A stretch of 64,000 bases of DNA from Rhodothermales bacterium (GTDB lineage: Bacteria > Bacteroidota > Rhodothermia > Rhodothermales > Bin80), in the NCBI GenBank assembly GCA_965218495.1, contig OZ244626.1, forward strand, positions 1,353,280 through 1,417,279, in the 5' to 3' direction. This document shows, in pieces, positions 1 to 10,560 of this stretch (positions within the stretch are counted from its first letter, which is position 1; every line of letters begins with the position of its first letter). A model generated the notes under the pieces. It ran no database searches and was not told where the DNA came from. It saw only the letters and a program-made list of their open reading frames with translations. The position numbers were made by a program, and so were the translations under genes.

Positions 1-1014
1 GCGAATCATTCGACAGTCGGTCGTAAGCACAGGCCGCTTAAGGTACATGTAGTGAAACAGCTTGTGCGGCAAAGAGGCTTCGGTATGCGCGCTCTTAACT
101 GTGGGTAAAGTGCATACATCGCTTCCAAGGATGTAGCTCTTGACTGAATGCTGAGGTTGCCACCCGGTAAAGTCGACACTGTCGCCAATGCCGAGCGAGT
201 TCGCAAGCGACTCCAGTTCTGAGCGGATGCGCCCATCGCCAACGAGGACCAGGCGGGCTCGGCACTGCTGCAACACGATCGGCATGGCACGGATCAGCGT
301 TGCCAAGCCCCGATGGAGGTCGAAAGATCCCGTATACACAATTGTAAAGTCGGATCGTACAGATTCTATTATGGTCGCATCCACATCGTACCTGTCGAAT
401 TCGCCGATGGCAATGGTGTTGGGCGTGACGACAGTCCTGCGTGGATCGACGCCGAGCTTGATTACGCGGTCCTTTTGTGCTTCGTTCACACAAATGACCT
501 TGGTGACTGCACGAGTCCACTGTGCTTCCAAGTACCGCCAGCGCGAAATGTTGACAACGTACTTGGCTGGAAACCTCGTGCTCCAGGCATACTGGGTTAG
601 CGCATCCACGTAGTTCTCGTGCAGATCACCGACTACCGGAATTCCAAGCCGCCGCGCCGCTCGCAAGCCGCCTCCAAATAGCCAGAGGTCGTGCATGTGC
701 AATGCGTCAACCCGACTTCGTTTGCACACGCGCCGGATCTGGTGGCTTACAAACAGTGACAGCGCCGGTATCGAGGCAGCCAAGCCGCGCAGCTTGTTCC
801 GCACTTGTTTGGGAGTGCTGACACGGACAACCGTCATCCCATTGTGCGACATGACACCACTGCTCCCCCCTGCCTTCCCTTCTGGGTACGGAGCAATGGA
901 AAGCACTGTCACCTTGAAGCCTGCCGAGAGCAGCGAGCGCACTTCATTCTCGACCCGCACGTCCGGCGGAAAGCGCTCGTCAAGCACCATGAGGATGTGG
1001 AACTTGTCTCGCAT
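1..1014 (-). CDS. Glycosyltransferase family 4 (GT-B fold), N-terminal ~338 codons; 3' end lies beyond the window start
   Basis: Absent from the ORF track because it runs off the window edge. My own minus-strand translation from the ATG at 1014 reads MRDKFHILMVLDERFPPDVRVENEVRSL...VVGDLHENYVDAL...FTIVYTGSFDLHRGLATL...RLVLVGDGRIRSELE..., a GT4-like motif pattern. Confidence 0.7.
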   Translation of the reverse strand, partial: MRDKFHILMVLDERFPPDVRVENEVRSLLSAGFKVTVLSIAPYPEGKAGGSSGVMSHNGMTVVRVSTPKQVRNKLRGLAASIPALSLFVSHQIRRVCKRSRVDALHMHDLWLFGGGLRAARRLGIPVVGDLHENYVDALTQYAWSTRFPAKYVVNISRWRYLEAQWTRAVTKVICVNEAQKDRVIKLGVDPRRTVVTPNTIAIGEFDRYDVDATIIESVRSDFTIVYTGSFDLHRGLATLIRAMPIVLQQCRARLVLVGDGRIRSELESLANSLGIGDSVDFTGWQPQHSVKSYILGSDVCTLPTVKSAHTEASLPHKLFHYMYLKRPVLTTDCRMIR

Positions 1015-1297
1015 CTCTAAAATCCTCTGACCAGTCTGATTCTCTGCGAAGTTGCAGCTCCTGTGCCCCGCAAATCGCAGAGCGCAGGAGCACTGCCCAA
1101 TCTACCTACGTGCTGCGACCGGAAATGAATTCGCGCGGCTTGGATTCCCTAAGCGCTGATCCCAGGATGGCCCACGCGGCGTTCAGATCACGATCGGGCA
1201 CCTGGTCTTACGCTTCGAAAGTACTCGTGCGCATCGAAACCGTGACCCGCTCGCCGTGCATTGCGCCGCTGCGAACATGCAATCTCTCCACGGTCTT

Positions 1298-2605
1298 TCA
1301 AGTCGGAGTGTCCTCAGCTATTTCGCCTATGATTTCGGCCAGTCGGCGCGTGAGTGCACGCCGATCGTATGCTCCCAGCGCCTGATCATTCGCCGGAGTA
1401 AAGGGCTTGCCTTCCCGGCAGCGCCGACGATGCTCCGAAATGAATTCATGCATGCCCTGGGCATCGTCGTAGTCAAACACGATGCCAGCGCGGGTTTCCC
1501 GCAAGATCCTGGCCATGTCACCGTCCGGCGGTCCAATACCAATTACCGGTTTACCCACGGATAGGTATTCGAAAAGCTTGCCGCTGACAATACCCTTGTT
1601 CAGGCGTCCACGCTCTATCGGCAGCAGTAGCATGTCCGCTTGCGCCATGTACACCATGGCTTCCCGATGAGGCACGTGGGAAATCAACACAAGCGATTCG
1701 CCCATTCCAGTCCGGCCAAACTCACCCGCCACCCACTCATGCACGTGTCCCACCAGGCGCAATTCGACCTCCTCGGCAATACTCCCGATGACCTGAGCGA
1801 ACGCTGCCGAATGACGCTCTTTGGAATACGTCCCAACGTGTGCGATCACAAAACGCGCACTGTCCTTCGTTGGCTCAAGACTGGAAGGTGTGTCATGCGG
1901 GTCGTATCCATTTGGCACAGTTTCGTACCTGCGCATGCACACTTTCCCACGCAAGCCTGTGCCAATTGCCTCGCTTACAGACAGGACTACATCCGCGCGA
2001 GAGAGGACACGCCGCTCAAGTCTGGCGTTGATAAAGCGCGCTAGTGGCGACTGATGAAAGTGCGCATTGTAGTAGTAGTCGGTCCAAGGATCACGTAGGT
2101 CTGCTATCCATGGGATCCCAGTTCGGGCCTTCAGGAAGCTCCCAACAAGATGCGCGGAATGCGGTGGACCTGATGTCATCACGACCGAAAACTGCTGCTC
2201 ACGCACCAGGCGTTGCGCAGTTCTCCTAGCAAATGGAACCCAACCCACGCGAGCATCAGGGAGGAAAATGTTTCCGCGAATCCATCGGGCGGCCTCCTGC
2301 TTCCAGCTTATGCGGCCCTCTTTGACAAAACCAACGCCGGCAACATCCTCCTTCGATACCCCTTGCAAGCGTGCATATATCGAAAAAGGATCCCACGACC
2401 GCGTTCGAACCACACGTACCTCACCAGGGAGCTGGTCCACAAGCGCTGAATCCATCGCTCCGTACACCGCAAAGCGGGGATCCACGGTGACAACTGTAGG
2501 CAAGTATCCACACTGGGGCAGATAGCGCGCAAACTTCAGCATTCGCTGAACAGCAACCCCACCGGCCGGCGGAAAATAGTACGTGATCAGCAGCACAGGC
2601 CTCAT
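1298..2605 (-). CDS. Glycosyltransferase family 4/GT1
   Basis: 460-aa track ORF. The likely true start is the internal MRPVLLITYYFPPAGGVAVQR (ATG at 2605). The PPAGG N-terminal motif and the C-terminal ...GKLFEYLSVGKPVIG... segment are typical of GT-B enzymes. Confidence 0.75.
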   Translation of the reverse strand: MRPVLLITYYFPPAGGVAVQRMLKFARYLPQCGYLPTVVTVDPRFAVYGAMDSALVDQLPGEVRVVRTRSWDPFSIYARLQGVSKEDVAGVGFVKEGRISWKQEAARWIRGNIFLPDARVGWVPFARRTAQRLVREQQFSVVMTSGPPHSAHLVGSFLKARTGIPWIADLRDPWTDYYYNAHFHQSPLARFINARLERRVLSRADVVLSVSEAIGTGLRGKVCMRRYETVPNGYDPHDTPSSLEPTKDSARFVIAHVGTYSKERHSAAFAQVIGSIAEEVELRLVGHVHEWVAGEFGRTGMGESLVLISHVPHREAMVYMAQADMLLLPIERGRLNKGIVSGKLFEYLSVGKPVIGIGPPDGDMARILRETRAGIVFDYDDAQGMHEFISEHRRRCREGKPFTPANDQALGAYDRRALTRRLAEIIGEIAEDTPT

Positions 2606-2648
2606 TGCTCGCCCCGGGAGGGAGTCACGGCAGCGCCTTTCAAGACCG

Positions 2649-5120
2649 CTAGCGGCGCTTGTGCCATGCCTTAGCACCAAGACCGATTATCGACAAGTAG
2701 ACCAGTAGTGTCGACACAATACTGATCCAGTTACCGACCGTGTAGCTTTTCGGATCATATCGCAGCACCACCTGATGCGTGCCGACAGGCACACCCACGG
2801 CGCGGAGCAAGTAATTCGCACGGTGAATGGGTGTGCTTTCGCCGCCAATGGTGGCGCGCCAGCCAGCAGGATAGTACACTTCGCTGATGAGGAGCAGGCG
2901 CGGCCTGTCGGTTTGAACCGTGAAGGCTATCTCCCGCGGTCCGTACCGATCCATCGTGACGCTGGCGACACTACTGGAGTCGATTGGCTCGATGGCGCTT
3001 GTCAGCGATGAGTGAAGGATGGCCGACACATGCGGGTCGAAGGAGGGGTCCTGCAAGCGGGCCCATGTCTCGCCGGGATCGCTGATCACCTCGACCTCAC
3101 CAATGAGCAGCGCACGCGGGAGCGGATCGGGATTTTCCAGTACCGAGAACTGGCTGCCGCGAAACACCGGCTGCGTGCCAGGGATGCTTCCCTGGGCAAT
3201 AACGTACCGGGCGTTCATCATGTCCAGTGCGTTTTCGTTGGGGTAGCCTGTCCCGGAGTCAAAAAGGATGTGTTCCAGGAAATCCTGATACAAGCGCAGC
3301 TTGGCGCCACTGTACCCCCCCAGGGATTCGTGGTGATAGGACGGACGGGCGTTTGTAGTCTGGTCGGCAGCCTCCAGCGACAGCACTCGAAAATGGCCGA
3401 CCCCTCCCGCTTCGGCTTTCCTCTGGAGAATGTACTGGTCGGCATCAATCGTCTGCACGCGCGTTGCCGGGTCGCGTCGCCCGCTAAGGTGATCCTCGTT
3501 GAAGTATCGCCGTGCGACGCCTCCCAGGTCAATGGCTACAAGTGCAATTAGGAACAGCTGCAAGAGCCAGCCGGGCATTGTGCGACGCCGGTACAGCACC
3601 AGGCCACCTGTTGCCAGGAGAAGAAACAGAAGCGTACGCACGGCATCGCGCGCAAAGGCATCCTCGCGCGGGCCTACCAGCCGTGTCTCAAGCCACTGGT
3701 TGGTTGCCTGCACCACTTCCGGGTTGTTCAGCGGTCGCTGCGCCTGCTGCGCGATCAAAGCCTGGGCCCGCGCACGTTCTCCCGGGCGCTCAAAGTCAAA
3801 GAATGAACCCTTACCAGCATAGAGCAGCAGCGTAAAGCCCAACACGATGCCGGCAGCTGTGTAGACAGCCTTTGACTTGCTCTTTTCCTCGGCGGACGTG
3901 CCGTCGCTGCGCGTGACGTATCCGAGCCCCAGTGCCGCCAGTACCGCAAGGGTCAGCGCTACGGCAATGAGCCACGTTTCAGGTACCCGAAATGCATCAA
4001 ACAGAGGGAAGTAGTTGAACATGAGCCGGTTCAACAGCTCTAAATGGCTTCCCAGCGCGAAAAGCGTCATCAGCAGCGCGGCAATGCCCAACGCTCTGGC
4101 CATGCGAGTTCGAAGGCGCCAAACGGCCAACATTGAGAGCAGCAGCACTATGCCGCCCACATAGTGCGGTCCGCCGGTAAAGGTCTTGGGCCCCCAATAC
4201 AGCGCGCCGCCGCCAAAGGCGTCCGCTATCAGAAACGTGAGCAGCTCGGCTCGTCCTTGACTCCATGCCATTGCGTAGTCCCAGCCCAGCGCCCCTGCTC
4301 CGCCCCCACTTGCCATGCCACGTATGGTGTAGGCCTTGTATTCATACATAGGCCAGTACGTCTGCGTCACCATCAAGACGCCTATGGCGACACCTGCGAG
4401 CAGCCACAGTGTTGAGCGAGCAAACTGCTTAGTGGTAGCGCTCCTGACGGCCCCCACCAATTCGGCAATCCACCAAACAAGGCCTATCATGCCGACGTAG
4501 TACGAGATCTGGATATGGCCTGCGCGCATGCTGACGGCTACTGCGACGGCAAAAAGGAGGCTTGCCAGAACGCTTGGGCGGCGCAACGTGTGCACAAACG
4601 CCAACAGCAGCCACGGAGCGTACGCCAGTGCGATGTATTTTGAGTTGTGCCCTGCTACGAGTATGATCGGCAAGTACGTTGTAAGGCTGTACGCACACGC
4701 TGCAAACAATCCCAGCAGTTTGTCCTTGGTCAGATACCAAACCAGTGCGTAGGCCCCGAGCAGCAAGACGAGCACATGGGACAAGGGCCAGGTCAGCAAA
4801 CGCAGCCAAGCAAACAGGCGGTCCACCTGAAAGACATTTCCATGGGGCGAGATGACCAGCCCCGGCATTCCGCTGAAGACGTTGGTAGCCCACAAAGGCT
4901 CTTCGCCGGTCTCCTGGCGATGCTCGAGCATGGACTCCGCCGCGGCGCGCCACTGCACCGTATCGCTCCCCACGAGATACCGACCGGAAAAGAGCGTCGG
5001 CCAGCAGAAGTACAACGCAATGACGGCCAGCGCGGCTAGGCACACCAGGTGCTGTCGCGACTGCGAAAGCGTGCTCCACCAGGACGACTTCGGCGCCGAA
5101 CGCGCCTTTCTTCTCGCCAT
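2649..5120 (-). CDS. Large polytopic membrane protein, YfhO-like (putative envelope glycosylation protein)
   Basis: 823-aa ORF with many hydrophobic segments in the N-terminal two thirds and a soluble C-terminal domain. It sits between glycosyltransferase genes. The family assignment is by resemblance only. Confidence 0.5.
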   Translation of the reverse strand: MARRKARSAPKSSWWSTLSQSRQHLVCLAALAVIALYFCWPTLFSGRYLVGSDTVQWRAAAESMLEHRQETGEEPLWATNVFSGMPGLVISPHGNVFQVDRLFAWLRLLTWPLSHVLVLLLGAYALVWYLTKDKLLGLFAACAYSLTTYLPIILVAGHNSKYIALAYAPWLLLAFVHTLRRPSVLASLLFAVAVAVSMRAGHIQISYYVGMIGLVWWIAELVGAVRSATTKQFARSTLWLLAGVAIGVLMVTQTYWPMYEYKAYTIRGMASGGGAGALGWDYAMAWSQGRAELLTFLIADAFGGGALYWGPKTFTGGPHYVGGIVLLLSMLAVWRLRTRMARALGIAALLMTLFALGSHLELLNRLMFNYFPLFDAFRVPETWLIAVALTLAVLAALGLGYVTRSDGTSAEEKSKSKAVYTAAGIVLGFTLLLYAGKGSFFDFERPGERARAQALIAQQAQRPLNNPEVVQATNQWLETRLVGPREDAFARDAVRTLLFLLLATGGLVLYRRRTMPGWLLQLFLIALVAIDLGGVARRYFNEDHLSGRRDPATRVQTIDADQYILQRKAEAGGVGHFRVLSLEAADQTTNARPSYHHESLGGYSGAKLRLYQDFLEHILFDSGTGYPNENALDMMNARYVIAQGSIPGTQPVFRGSQFSVLENPDPLPRALLIGEVEVISDPGETWARLQDPSFDPHVSAILHSSLTSAIEPIDSSSVASVTMDRYGPREIAFTVQTDRPRLLLISEVYYPAGWRATIGGESTPIHRANYLLRAVGVPVGTHQVVLRYDPKSYTVGNWISIVSTLLVYLSIIGLGAKAWHKRR

Positions 5121-5123
5121 GGG

Positions 5124-5411
5124 CTACCCGATCACCTTTGGCACTCTGAAGTAGTCACCGCACGTGTCGGGTGCGTTTTGAAGTGCCTCTTCTACTCCGA
5201 TGATCGGATCAACGGCATCCTCCCGCACGCCTCCGTGGAGGTCCAACACGTGCGTCATCGGCTCCACACCGGCAGTGTCAAGCTCATTAAGCGTCTCCAT
5301 GTACCCTAGGATCGCGCTCATCTCTCTGGCCAGAATCTCCTCTTCCTCAGGTGCAAACTCGAGCCGCGCCAGCGAAGCGATGTATCTGACGTCTTCTATG
5401 GATATGGCCAT
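5124..5411 (-). CDS. gatC: Asp-tRNA(Asn)/Glu-tRNA(Gln) amidotransferase subunit C
   Basis: 95 aa: MAISIEDVRYIASLARLEFAPEEEEILAREMSAILGYMETLNELDT..., a canonical GatC sequence pattern and size. Confidence 0.9.
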   Translation of the reverse strand: MAISIEDVRYIASLARLEFAPEEEEILAREMSAILGYMETLNELDTAGVEPMTHVLDLHGGVREDAVDPIIGVEEALQNAPDTCGDYFRVPKVIG

Positions 5412-5983
5412 GGTACGCTGGAGTCAGCGTGCCCCTACAATACTGTTGCGCGCCTGTTCCATGATTGCTGCTTCCACTGCACGTCAACCGGCCCCGGCAG
5501 GCGCATCGCGCGGCATCGCCGTCGGTCCGTGACCACATGCATGAGCGGCATTCGGCACATCGAAGCCAGGATTTCTCTGCGCGATATGTGGCCGCGAAGT
5601 GGGACATCGCCAACGCTTACGAATGATTCACAAATCTTGTTAAGTGGCATAGTGTCCTACACTTGGGACTGGCGCATGAAAGCTGGAATCCGCAGAGTCC
5701 TGCAGAAACGGAAGACTAAAGCCAGCCGCCGAGCCAGAGCTGTTGTGCAGACTCGCCCTGGTGGGTCTTAGCCTGCTAAATTGAAGTATTCAGCCGCTCG
5801 TCGCCGCACCAGCCCATTCCGGCCCGGCATCGCTCCTCAGCGCCAGAATGAGACTTGGACAGAGATGCGTTGCCCAGCATTCGAATGGATTGTTGCGCCC
5901 CGATTCGACTTGCGAATTGGAGCTTTGGATCGAGTAAACCAACCGCTTCTGCGCGTTTTGCCGAATTTCGAAGCAATATCGGT

Positions 5984-7345
5984 CTAGAGCTTTCGCAGTC
6001 GCTCCAGCACTGGCCGCACCGCGCCCTCAATGGCCTCTCTTCGCACATGGCGCCCGCCACGCACGACATGGCGGCCAGCAGACCAGACGTTCTTGATCAA
6101 TTGCTCGCCCCCTGCGAATATCCACGCGTCCAGGATCGTGTCCCCGCTCAGGCCTCGCAACTGCGCTCTGTTGCCGTCAAGTTCCAGAAGGTCCGCCCAG
6201 GAATCTGGCTCAATGCTTCCGCCGGTACGGCCGGCAGCCAAGGCACCGCCCGAACAAGCCCCGTCAAACAATGCGCGCCCGGTTGATGAATAGCGAATTG
6301 CAAGCGCAGCGCGAGTGCGATGATGAAGACGCTGCGAGTATTCCAGTGTCCGCAGCTCCTCCACAAGCGAAATCCTCACGTTGGAATCAGAACCTATACC
6401 AAACCGGCCACCCGCGCTCAGAAAGCGAACGCCATCAAATATCCCGTCACCCAGATTACTTTCGGTAATAGGGCACAGACCAACAACCGCACCGGTTCGG
6501 GCAAGGGCAAGCGTTTCAAGAGCGTCCATCTGCGTACAGTGAACGAGACACCAGCGCCTGTCCACCTCAAAGTTGTCTAACACCCAGGTGACGGGACGCG
6601 CACTCAAGGCCGATTCGACCTCACTTACCTCGGCCCGCTGCTCCGCCAGGTGCATGTGAAACGGAAGATCCGGTCTCAGCTTTTCGGCCCACGCCATTGA
6701 TTCTGGGCTGACGGCTCGCAGGGAATGGACCGCAACACCTATCACCGTGTCGCCAGGCAGTTGCTTAATCTCCGCTTCAGTGGCGTCCAGAAGCGCACCA
6801 TACTGGTCACGTGTGCAGCCGAACCGGTCCTGGCCAGTCGCCAAGGCGGCACCATTGCATCCGCCGCGCTGATACAGGACTGGCAAGATGGTGAGCCCGA
6901 TACCAGTGCGAGCGGCAGCTGATGCTATTCGCGAAGACATTTCCGCCAGGTTGTCGTAGGGCACGCCTCCCCTGCCATGGTGCAGATAGTGAAATTCCGC
7001 CACACTTGAAAAGCCTGCCTCCAGCATTTCAATTTGGGCAAGGGCTGCGACCGCTTCGAGGTCCTGGGGCGTGAGGCGGTCCAAGAAGCTGTACATGAGT
7101 CGGCGCCAGCTCCAGAAGTCGTTGTGAGCTGACTTTCCTTGCGACTCTGACAGCCCGGCCATTGCCCTCTGGAATGCATGGCTGTGAAGGTTTGTGGGGG
7201 CCGGCAACAAGATGGAACATCGTTCGCCTTCCCAAGGCTGATCAGCCAGTACATTGGTGATTCTGCCGGACGCATCGATCTCTACCGAAACCGCGCTCCT
7301 CCAGCCCTGCGGCGTAAGTGCCGTTTTGGCCCAAAGCTTGGTCAT
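5984..7345 (-). CDS. hutF: Formimidoylglutamate deiminase (amidohydrolase superfamily)
   Basis: Carries the ...LLPAPTNLHSHAFQRAMAGLSE... motif typical of HutF, with amidohydrolase His/Asp motifs further on. The probable start is MTKLWAKTALTPQGW at 7345. It neighbours hutIHU. Confidence 0.8.
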   Translation of the reverse strand: MTKLWAKTALTPQGWRSAVSVEIDASGRITNVLADQPWEGERCSILLPAPTNLHSHAFQRAMAGLSESQGKSAHNDFWSWRRLMYSFLDRLTPQDLEAVAALAQIEMLEAGFSSVAEFHYLHHGRGGVPYDNLAEMSSRIASAAARTGIGLTILPVLYQRGGCNGAALATGQDRFGCTRDQYGALLDATEAEIKQLPGDTVIGVAVHSLRAVSPESMAWAEKLRPDLPFHMHLAEQRAEVSEVESALSARPVTWVLDNFEVDRRWCLVHCTQMDALETLALARTGAVVGLCPITESNLGDGIFDGVRFLSAGGRFGIGSDSNVRISLVEELRTLEYSQRLHHRTRAALAIRYSSTGRALFDGACSGGALAAGRTGGSIEPDSWADLLELDGNRAQLRGLSGDTILDAWIFAGGEQLIKNVWSAGRHVVRGGRHVRREAIEGAVRPVLERLRKL

Positions 7346-7559
7346 TTGCCTGTGGTATGGACTAAACTTGGTGCCACAAATAGTATACTGATACTGATGA
7401 TTGACTTGTTTTGAAACCATTCAACGACATAGTTTTTCCCAGTTGAGCGGAATCGCATCGGGCGCACTCCGGCTGGAGGGCTGACTTCTTTGAGCCAGCG
7501 CTGGCAGTCTGTGTGCTCCGACAACGTCGTTCGCTCATTCATTTCGTCTTTTGAACGAA

Positions 7560-7822
7560 GAACGCAAGCAGCCGCATACGTGGCGCCTTCGCCAAGACCT
7601 GTTTCAAGATGAACGGAGCATGGTCGTCGCAAAGCTTAAGGTCAATCCGGAGCTGCAAGCCACTACGCTTTGTCGGACCTGCAGCAGCGCCTTCCGGGCA
7701 AGTTCCAGGTCGGTCAGTTGCGCACGATTCAGCGGCGCGTAAAGCAGTGGAGGGCCCATGAAGGCCCGCCCAAAAAAGGCTCGATTCCGTCAGGAATACG
7801 TGCCCGGCGAGCACAGTCAGTC
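7560..7822 (+). pseudogene. Frameshifted N-terminal stump of an rve-type (DDE integrase-like) transposase
   Basis: Reading across three frames gives ...HTWRLRQDLF..VNPELQATTL / SDLQQRLPGKFQVGQLRTIQRRVKQWRAHEGPPK / KARFRQEYVPGEHSQS, then the sequence stops abruptly at 7822, before any catalytic domain. The family cannot be fixed by eye. Confidence 0.5.
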
Positions 7823-8078
7823 ATAATTTTATTGTGCGCATGAACACTCTGGGTGTGACGATCCAAGGGGCGCGGCCAGCGAGAACGTGCACGCTACACA
7901 CATCGGGGCAGCCCGGTCCATCTACTACTTCGCGTACAGGAGGCAAACGTTTCTTAGAATGGGCGAACCGTGTCCAGCGATTGGGGTACACTTCACCTAA
8001 AAAGTTGGTGGAATACCACGAAGCCGAAACGCTGGAACCGCCTAACGAAGCTGCTAACCATTTGGAAGAGGGGGATAG

Positions 8079-9191
8079 ATGATGAAAAGCAGGCTTCATG
8101 CGATTACCCTAAAGGGATTCAAGACAATTCACGAACTGGATGAATTTACGCCTGGCCCCCTAACGGTACTCATTGGGCCCAATGGCGCGGGTAAGTCCAA
8201 CTTCATTTCCTTCTTTCGCATGATGAGTTGGGCACTGGCAGACCCGGAAAACCTCTCTTTATACGTAGGTCTGCAAGGCGGAGCCAGCAAACTTCTGCAT
8301 GACGGCCCGGACAAGACCCTTCAGATAGAAACCGAAATCACCGTTCGAACTGATGCCGGTGAGAATCAGTACATGTTTCGGCTTTTTCATGCGGCTGGAG
8401 ACACACTGATTTTTGCGGATGAGCGCTACAGATTCTCTCGTGCAGATTCCAGCTCCCTTGCGACCTGGACAAGGATGGGCGCCGGGCACCGCGCTCCAAA
8501 GCTCCTTGACGCAGCCGCCCAGGATGACACAACTGCCCGCGTCATTCTGAGCATTCTACGGAAAATCATCTCATATCAATTTCACAATACCTCGTTCACA
8601 GCACGTATCCGAAGTAAATGGAGTGTGCATGACAACCGGTGGCTAAAGGAAGACGCGGCAAATATTGCTCCGGTTCTGCTTCGCCTGAAGGAAAATTACG
8701 GAGGGTATTACCAACGGATTGTAGACACGGTTCGCCTGATTCTGCCCTTCTTTTCCGACTTCGAGCTTGAGCCCGAAAACGGGTATCTGATGCTGGGTTG
8801 GCGTGAACGAAACAGCGACCAGGTGTTCGCCGCTTCGCAGGCATCGGACGGTATGCTGCGGATCATAGCGCTTGTCATGCTGCTCCTTCAACCGGAAGAC
8901 GACTTGCCGAACGTTCTGATTCTGGACGAGCCGGAGCTTGGCCTCCACCCCTATGCCATTAACGTGGTCGGCGGACTGATTCGCGCCGCGTCTACCAAAG
9001 CCCAAATCATCGTCGCCACTCAGTCCACGACCTTCGTCGATTGCTTCGAGCCCGCAGACATAGTCGTTGTCGAACGTGAAGGCCGCAGTTCCATATTTCG
9101 ACAGCTGGACGCCGATGACCTAGGAGACTGGCTCGAAGAGTACTCGCTTTCTGAGTTGTGGGAAAAGAACGTAATCGGCGGACGACCTTAA
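8079..9191 (+). CDS. ABC/AAA_15-AAA_21-type ATPase (OLD/PARIS/AbiL-style defence-associated ATPase)
   Basis: 370 aa. Walker A is IGPNGAGKSNF and Walker B is VLILDEPELGLHP, followed by a ...IIVATQS... segment. The N-terminal KGFKTI...L strand is typical of this ATPase clade. Confidence 0.75.
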   Translation: MMKSRLHAITLKGFKTIHELDEFTPGPLTVLIGPNGAGKSNFISFFRMMSWALADPENLSLYVGLQGGASKLLHDGPDKTLQIETEITVRTDAGENQYMFRLFHAAGDTLIFADERYRFSRADSSSLATWTRMGAGHRAPKLLDAAAQDDTTARVILSILRKIISYQFHNTSFTARIRSKWSVHDNRWLKEDAANIAPVLLRLKENYGGYYQRIVDTVRLILPFFSDFELEPENGYLMLGWRERNSDQVFAASQASDGMLRIIALVMLLLQPEDDLPNVLILDEPELGLHPYAINVVGGLIRAASTKAQIIVATQSTTFVDCFEPADIVVVEREGRSSIFRQLDADDLGDWLEEYSLSELWEKNVIGGRP

Positions 9192-9868
9192 TGGAAGTAA
9201 GGCTGCATTTCATCGTTGAAGGACAGACCGAAGAAGCCTTCGTCAATAGGATCCTGAGTCCGTATTTAGCAAAGAAGCGGATCTGGGCAAAGGCCCGATG
9301 TGTGATGACAAGTCGTAAGCGCGGAAGGAAGTTTCGTGGCGGCATCAGAAAGTATGCGACGGCGAAGAACGACATCACCGCCTGGATGAATGAGGACCAA
9401 AACCTAAATGCGTACTTCACAACCATGTTTGACTTGTACGGCTTACCGAACGATTTTCCCGGTTACGAGACCGCTGCACGTCAGTCTAGTTCCTATGACC
9501 GTGTTAGAGTTCTAGAGGACGCTCTGAACGATGATGTTTCCGATTCACGATTTATTCCCTACATCCAACTTCATGAATTTGAGGCGTTATTGTTCTCTGA
9601 GCCTCGGAAACTCGGCTCACAGTTTCCTGATCGTGACGCCGCAATTCTTAGACTTGCAGCGGAGGCCTCCAAGTTCGATTCACCGGAGCACATCGATGAT
9701 GGAAGCCAAACTGCACCATCAAAGCGCATTGTCAATGAGATACCCGAATATAAAGGAAGCAAAGTATCTGCAGGTCCCCTTGTAGCGGAGAAAATCGGAC
9801 TGGACGTTCTGCAGTCTAAGTGCGAGCATTTTGGAGAGTGGCTTAGCAGGTTGGAGGCTCTGAATTGA
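9191..9868 (+). CDS. DUF4276-family protein (Toprim-like partner of the ATPase)
   Basis: The start MEVRLHFIVEGQTEEAFVNRIL is the characteristic DUF4276 N-terminus. Its ATG overlaps the upstream TAA (TAATG at 9189-9193), which suggests translational coupling. The track ORF starts earlier, at 9158. Confidence 0.6.
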   Translation: MEVRLHFIVEGQTEEAFVNRILSPYLAKKRIWAKARCVMTSRKRGRKFRGGIRKYATAKNDITAWMNEDQNLNAYFTTMFDLYGLPNDFPGYETAARQSSSYDRVRVLEDALNDDVSDSRFIPYIQLHEFEALLFSEPRKLGSQFPDRDAAILRLAAEASKFDSPEHIDDGSQTAPSKRIVNEIPEYKGSKVSAGPLVAEKIGLDVLQSKCEHFGEWLSRLEALN

Positions 9869-10232
9869 GAATTGCAAGATCGCAGGAAAAAGCTGTCGTG
9901 ACCTCCTGTGCCAGCAAAAGAGGCCTTTTACGCCCCATTTGTCCAGCGTTTACAGTGCATTTTCCGACGCACATCGTCCACCCGTCTCGATCGAATTCGC
10001 CTGCCTTGACTGGCCTGTCAAAACTGCAGACATGCCTGGGTGCGGTAAATTCTACCAGGTCATTGCGCGACGGAGTGTTCTCCGTGCGACTGGTAGAGTG
10101 CCTTCTTCTTACACTTGCCCAAGTTTACCATGCACTTGTTGCAACTCCTTTATCGCCAGGGGTATACGTTACCCTTAAATGCCTCTTCTGGCAGTACAAT
10201 GGACTACGGAGGGACAATTTGAAACCGCCGAT

Positions 10233-10560
10233 CAGACGACGGCGTTCTTCGTAGAGAGGGGCTTGTAGTCTATGCCCAAGGCGTCGCAGATCGATCGGAG
10301 TTCGGGCCTAGGCTGTGCGGTTGTGCGCACATGGAGCGTGCGCCCGTGGCGGCGCAGGAACCCACTGGTTGTGCGCGTTTGTCGCTGGAGGGATGCGTCG
10401 AAGCGCCGTCCAATTGGACGAGAGCCCTCGGCTACGCAGGCGTGTTCGGGCTACCTGCACTAACTGATACGCGATGACCGAGATGAACAGATGCCCTTCG
10501 GCCATGGAAGCCGAGGCGCCCGGTTTCACGCGCATGTCCACCAGCCCGAGCAGCCGCAGT
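10233..10560 (-). pseudogene. C-terminal stump of an IS4-superfamily DDE transposase, frameshifted
   Basis: The minus-strand reading gives ...VKPGASASMAEGHLFISVIAYQLVQVARTRLRSRGLSSNWTALRRI..., then in another frame ...FLRRHGRTLHVRTTAQPRPELRSICDALGIDYKPL*. This is the typical C-terminus of IS4/IS1634-like transposases. No upstream catalytic part is intact. Confidence 0.5.

Noticed and set aside
2775-5079. Numerous 60-220-aa antisense or out-of-frame track ORFs inside long genes (this span is one example; the same occurs in bamA, hutU, the TBDR and others).
   Set aside because: Such ORFs are typical in GC-rich DNA. They are R/A/P/G-rich and always nested within a longer ORF that has clear homology.
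5412-5983. A 570-bp gap between gatC and hutF with only short overlapping ORFs, as a possible ncRNA or riboswitch.
   Set aside because: I could not recognise any known RNA motif, terminator or conserved structure by eye. It is left unannotated.
9869-10232. Short Cys-containing minus-strand mini-ORFs (for example ..CNKCMVNLGKCKKK..) after the DUF4276 gene, as a possible third component of the cassette.
   Set aside because: The reading frames are under 30 codons with no clear start or RBS context. The region is equally well explained as a degraded transposon end.
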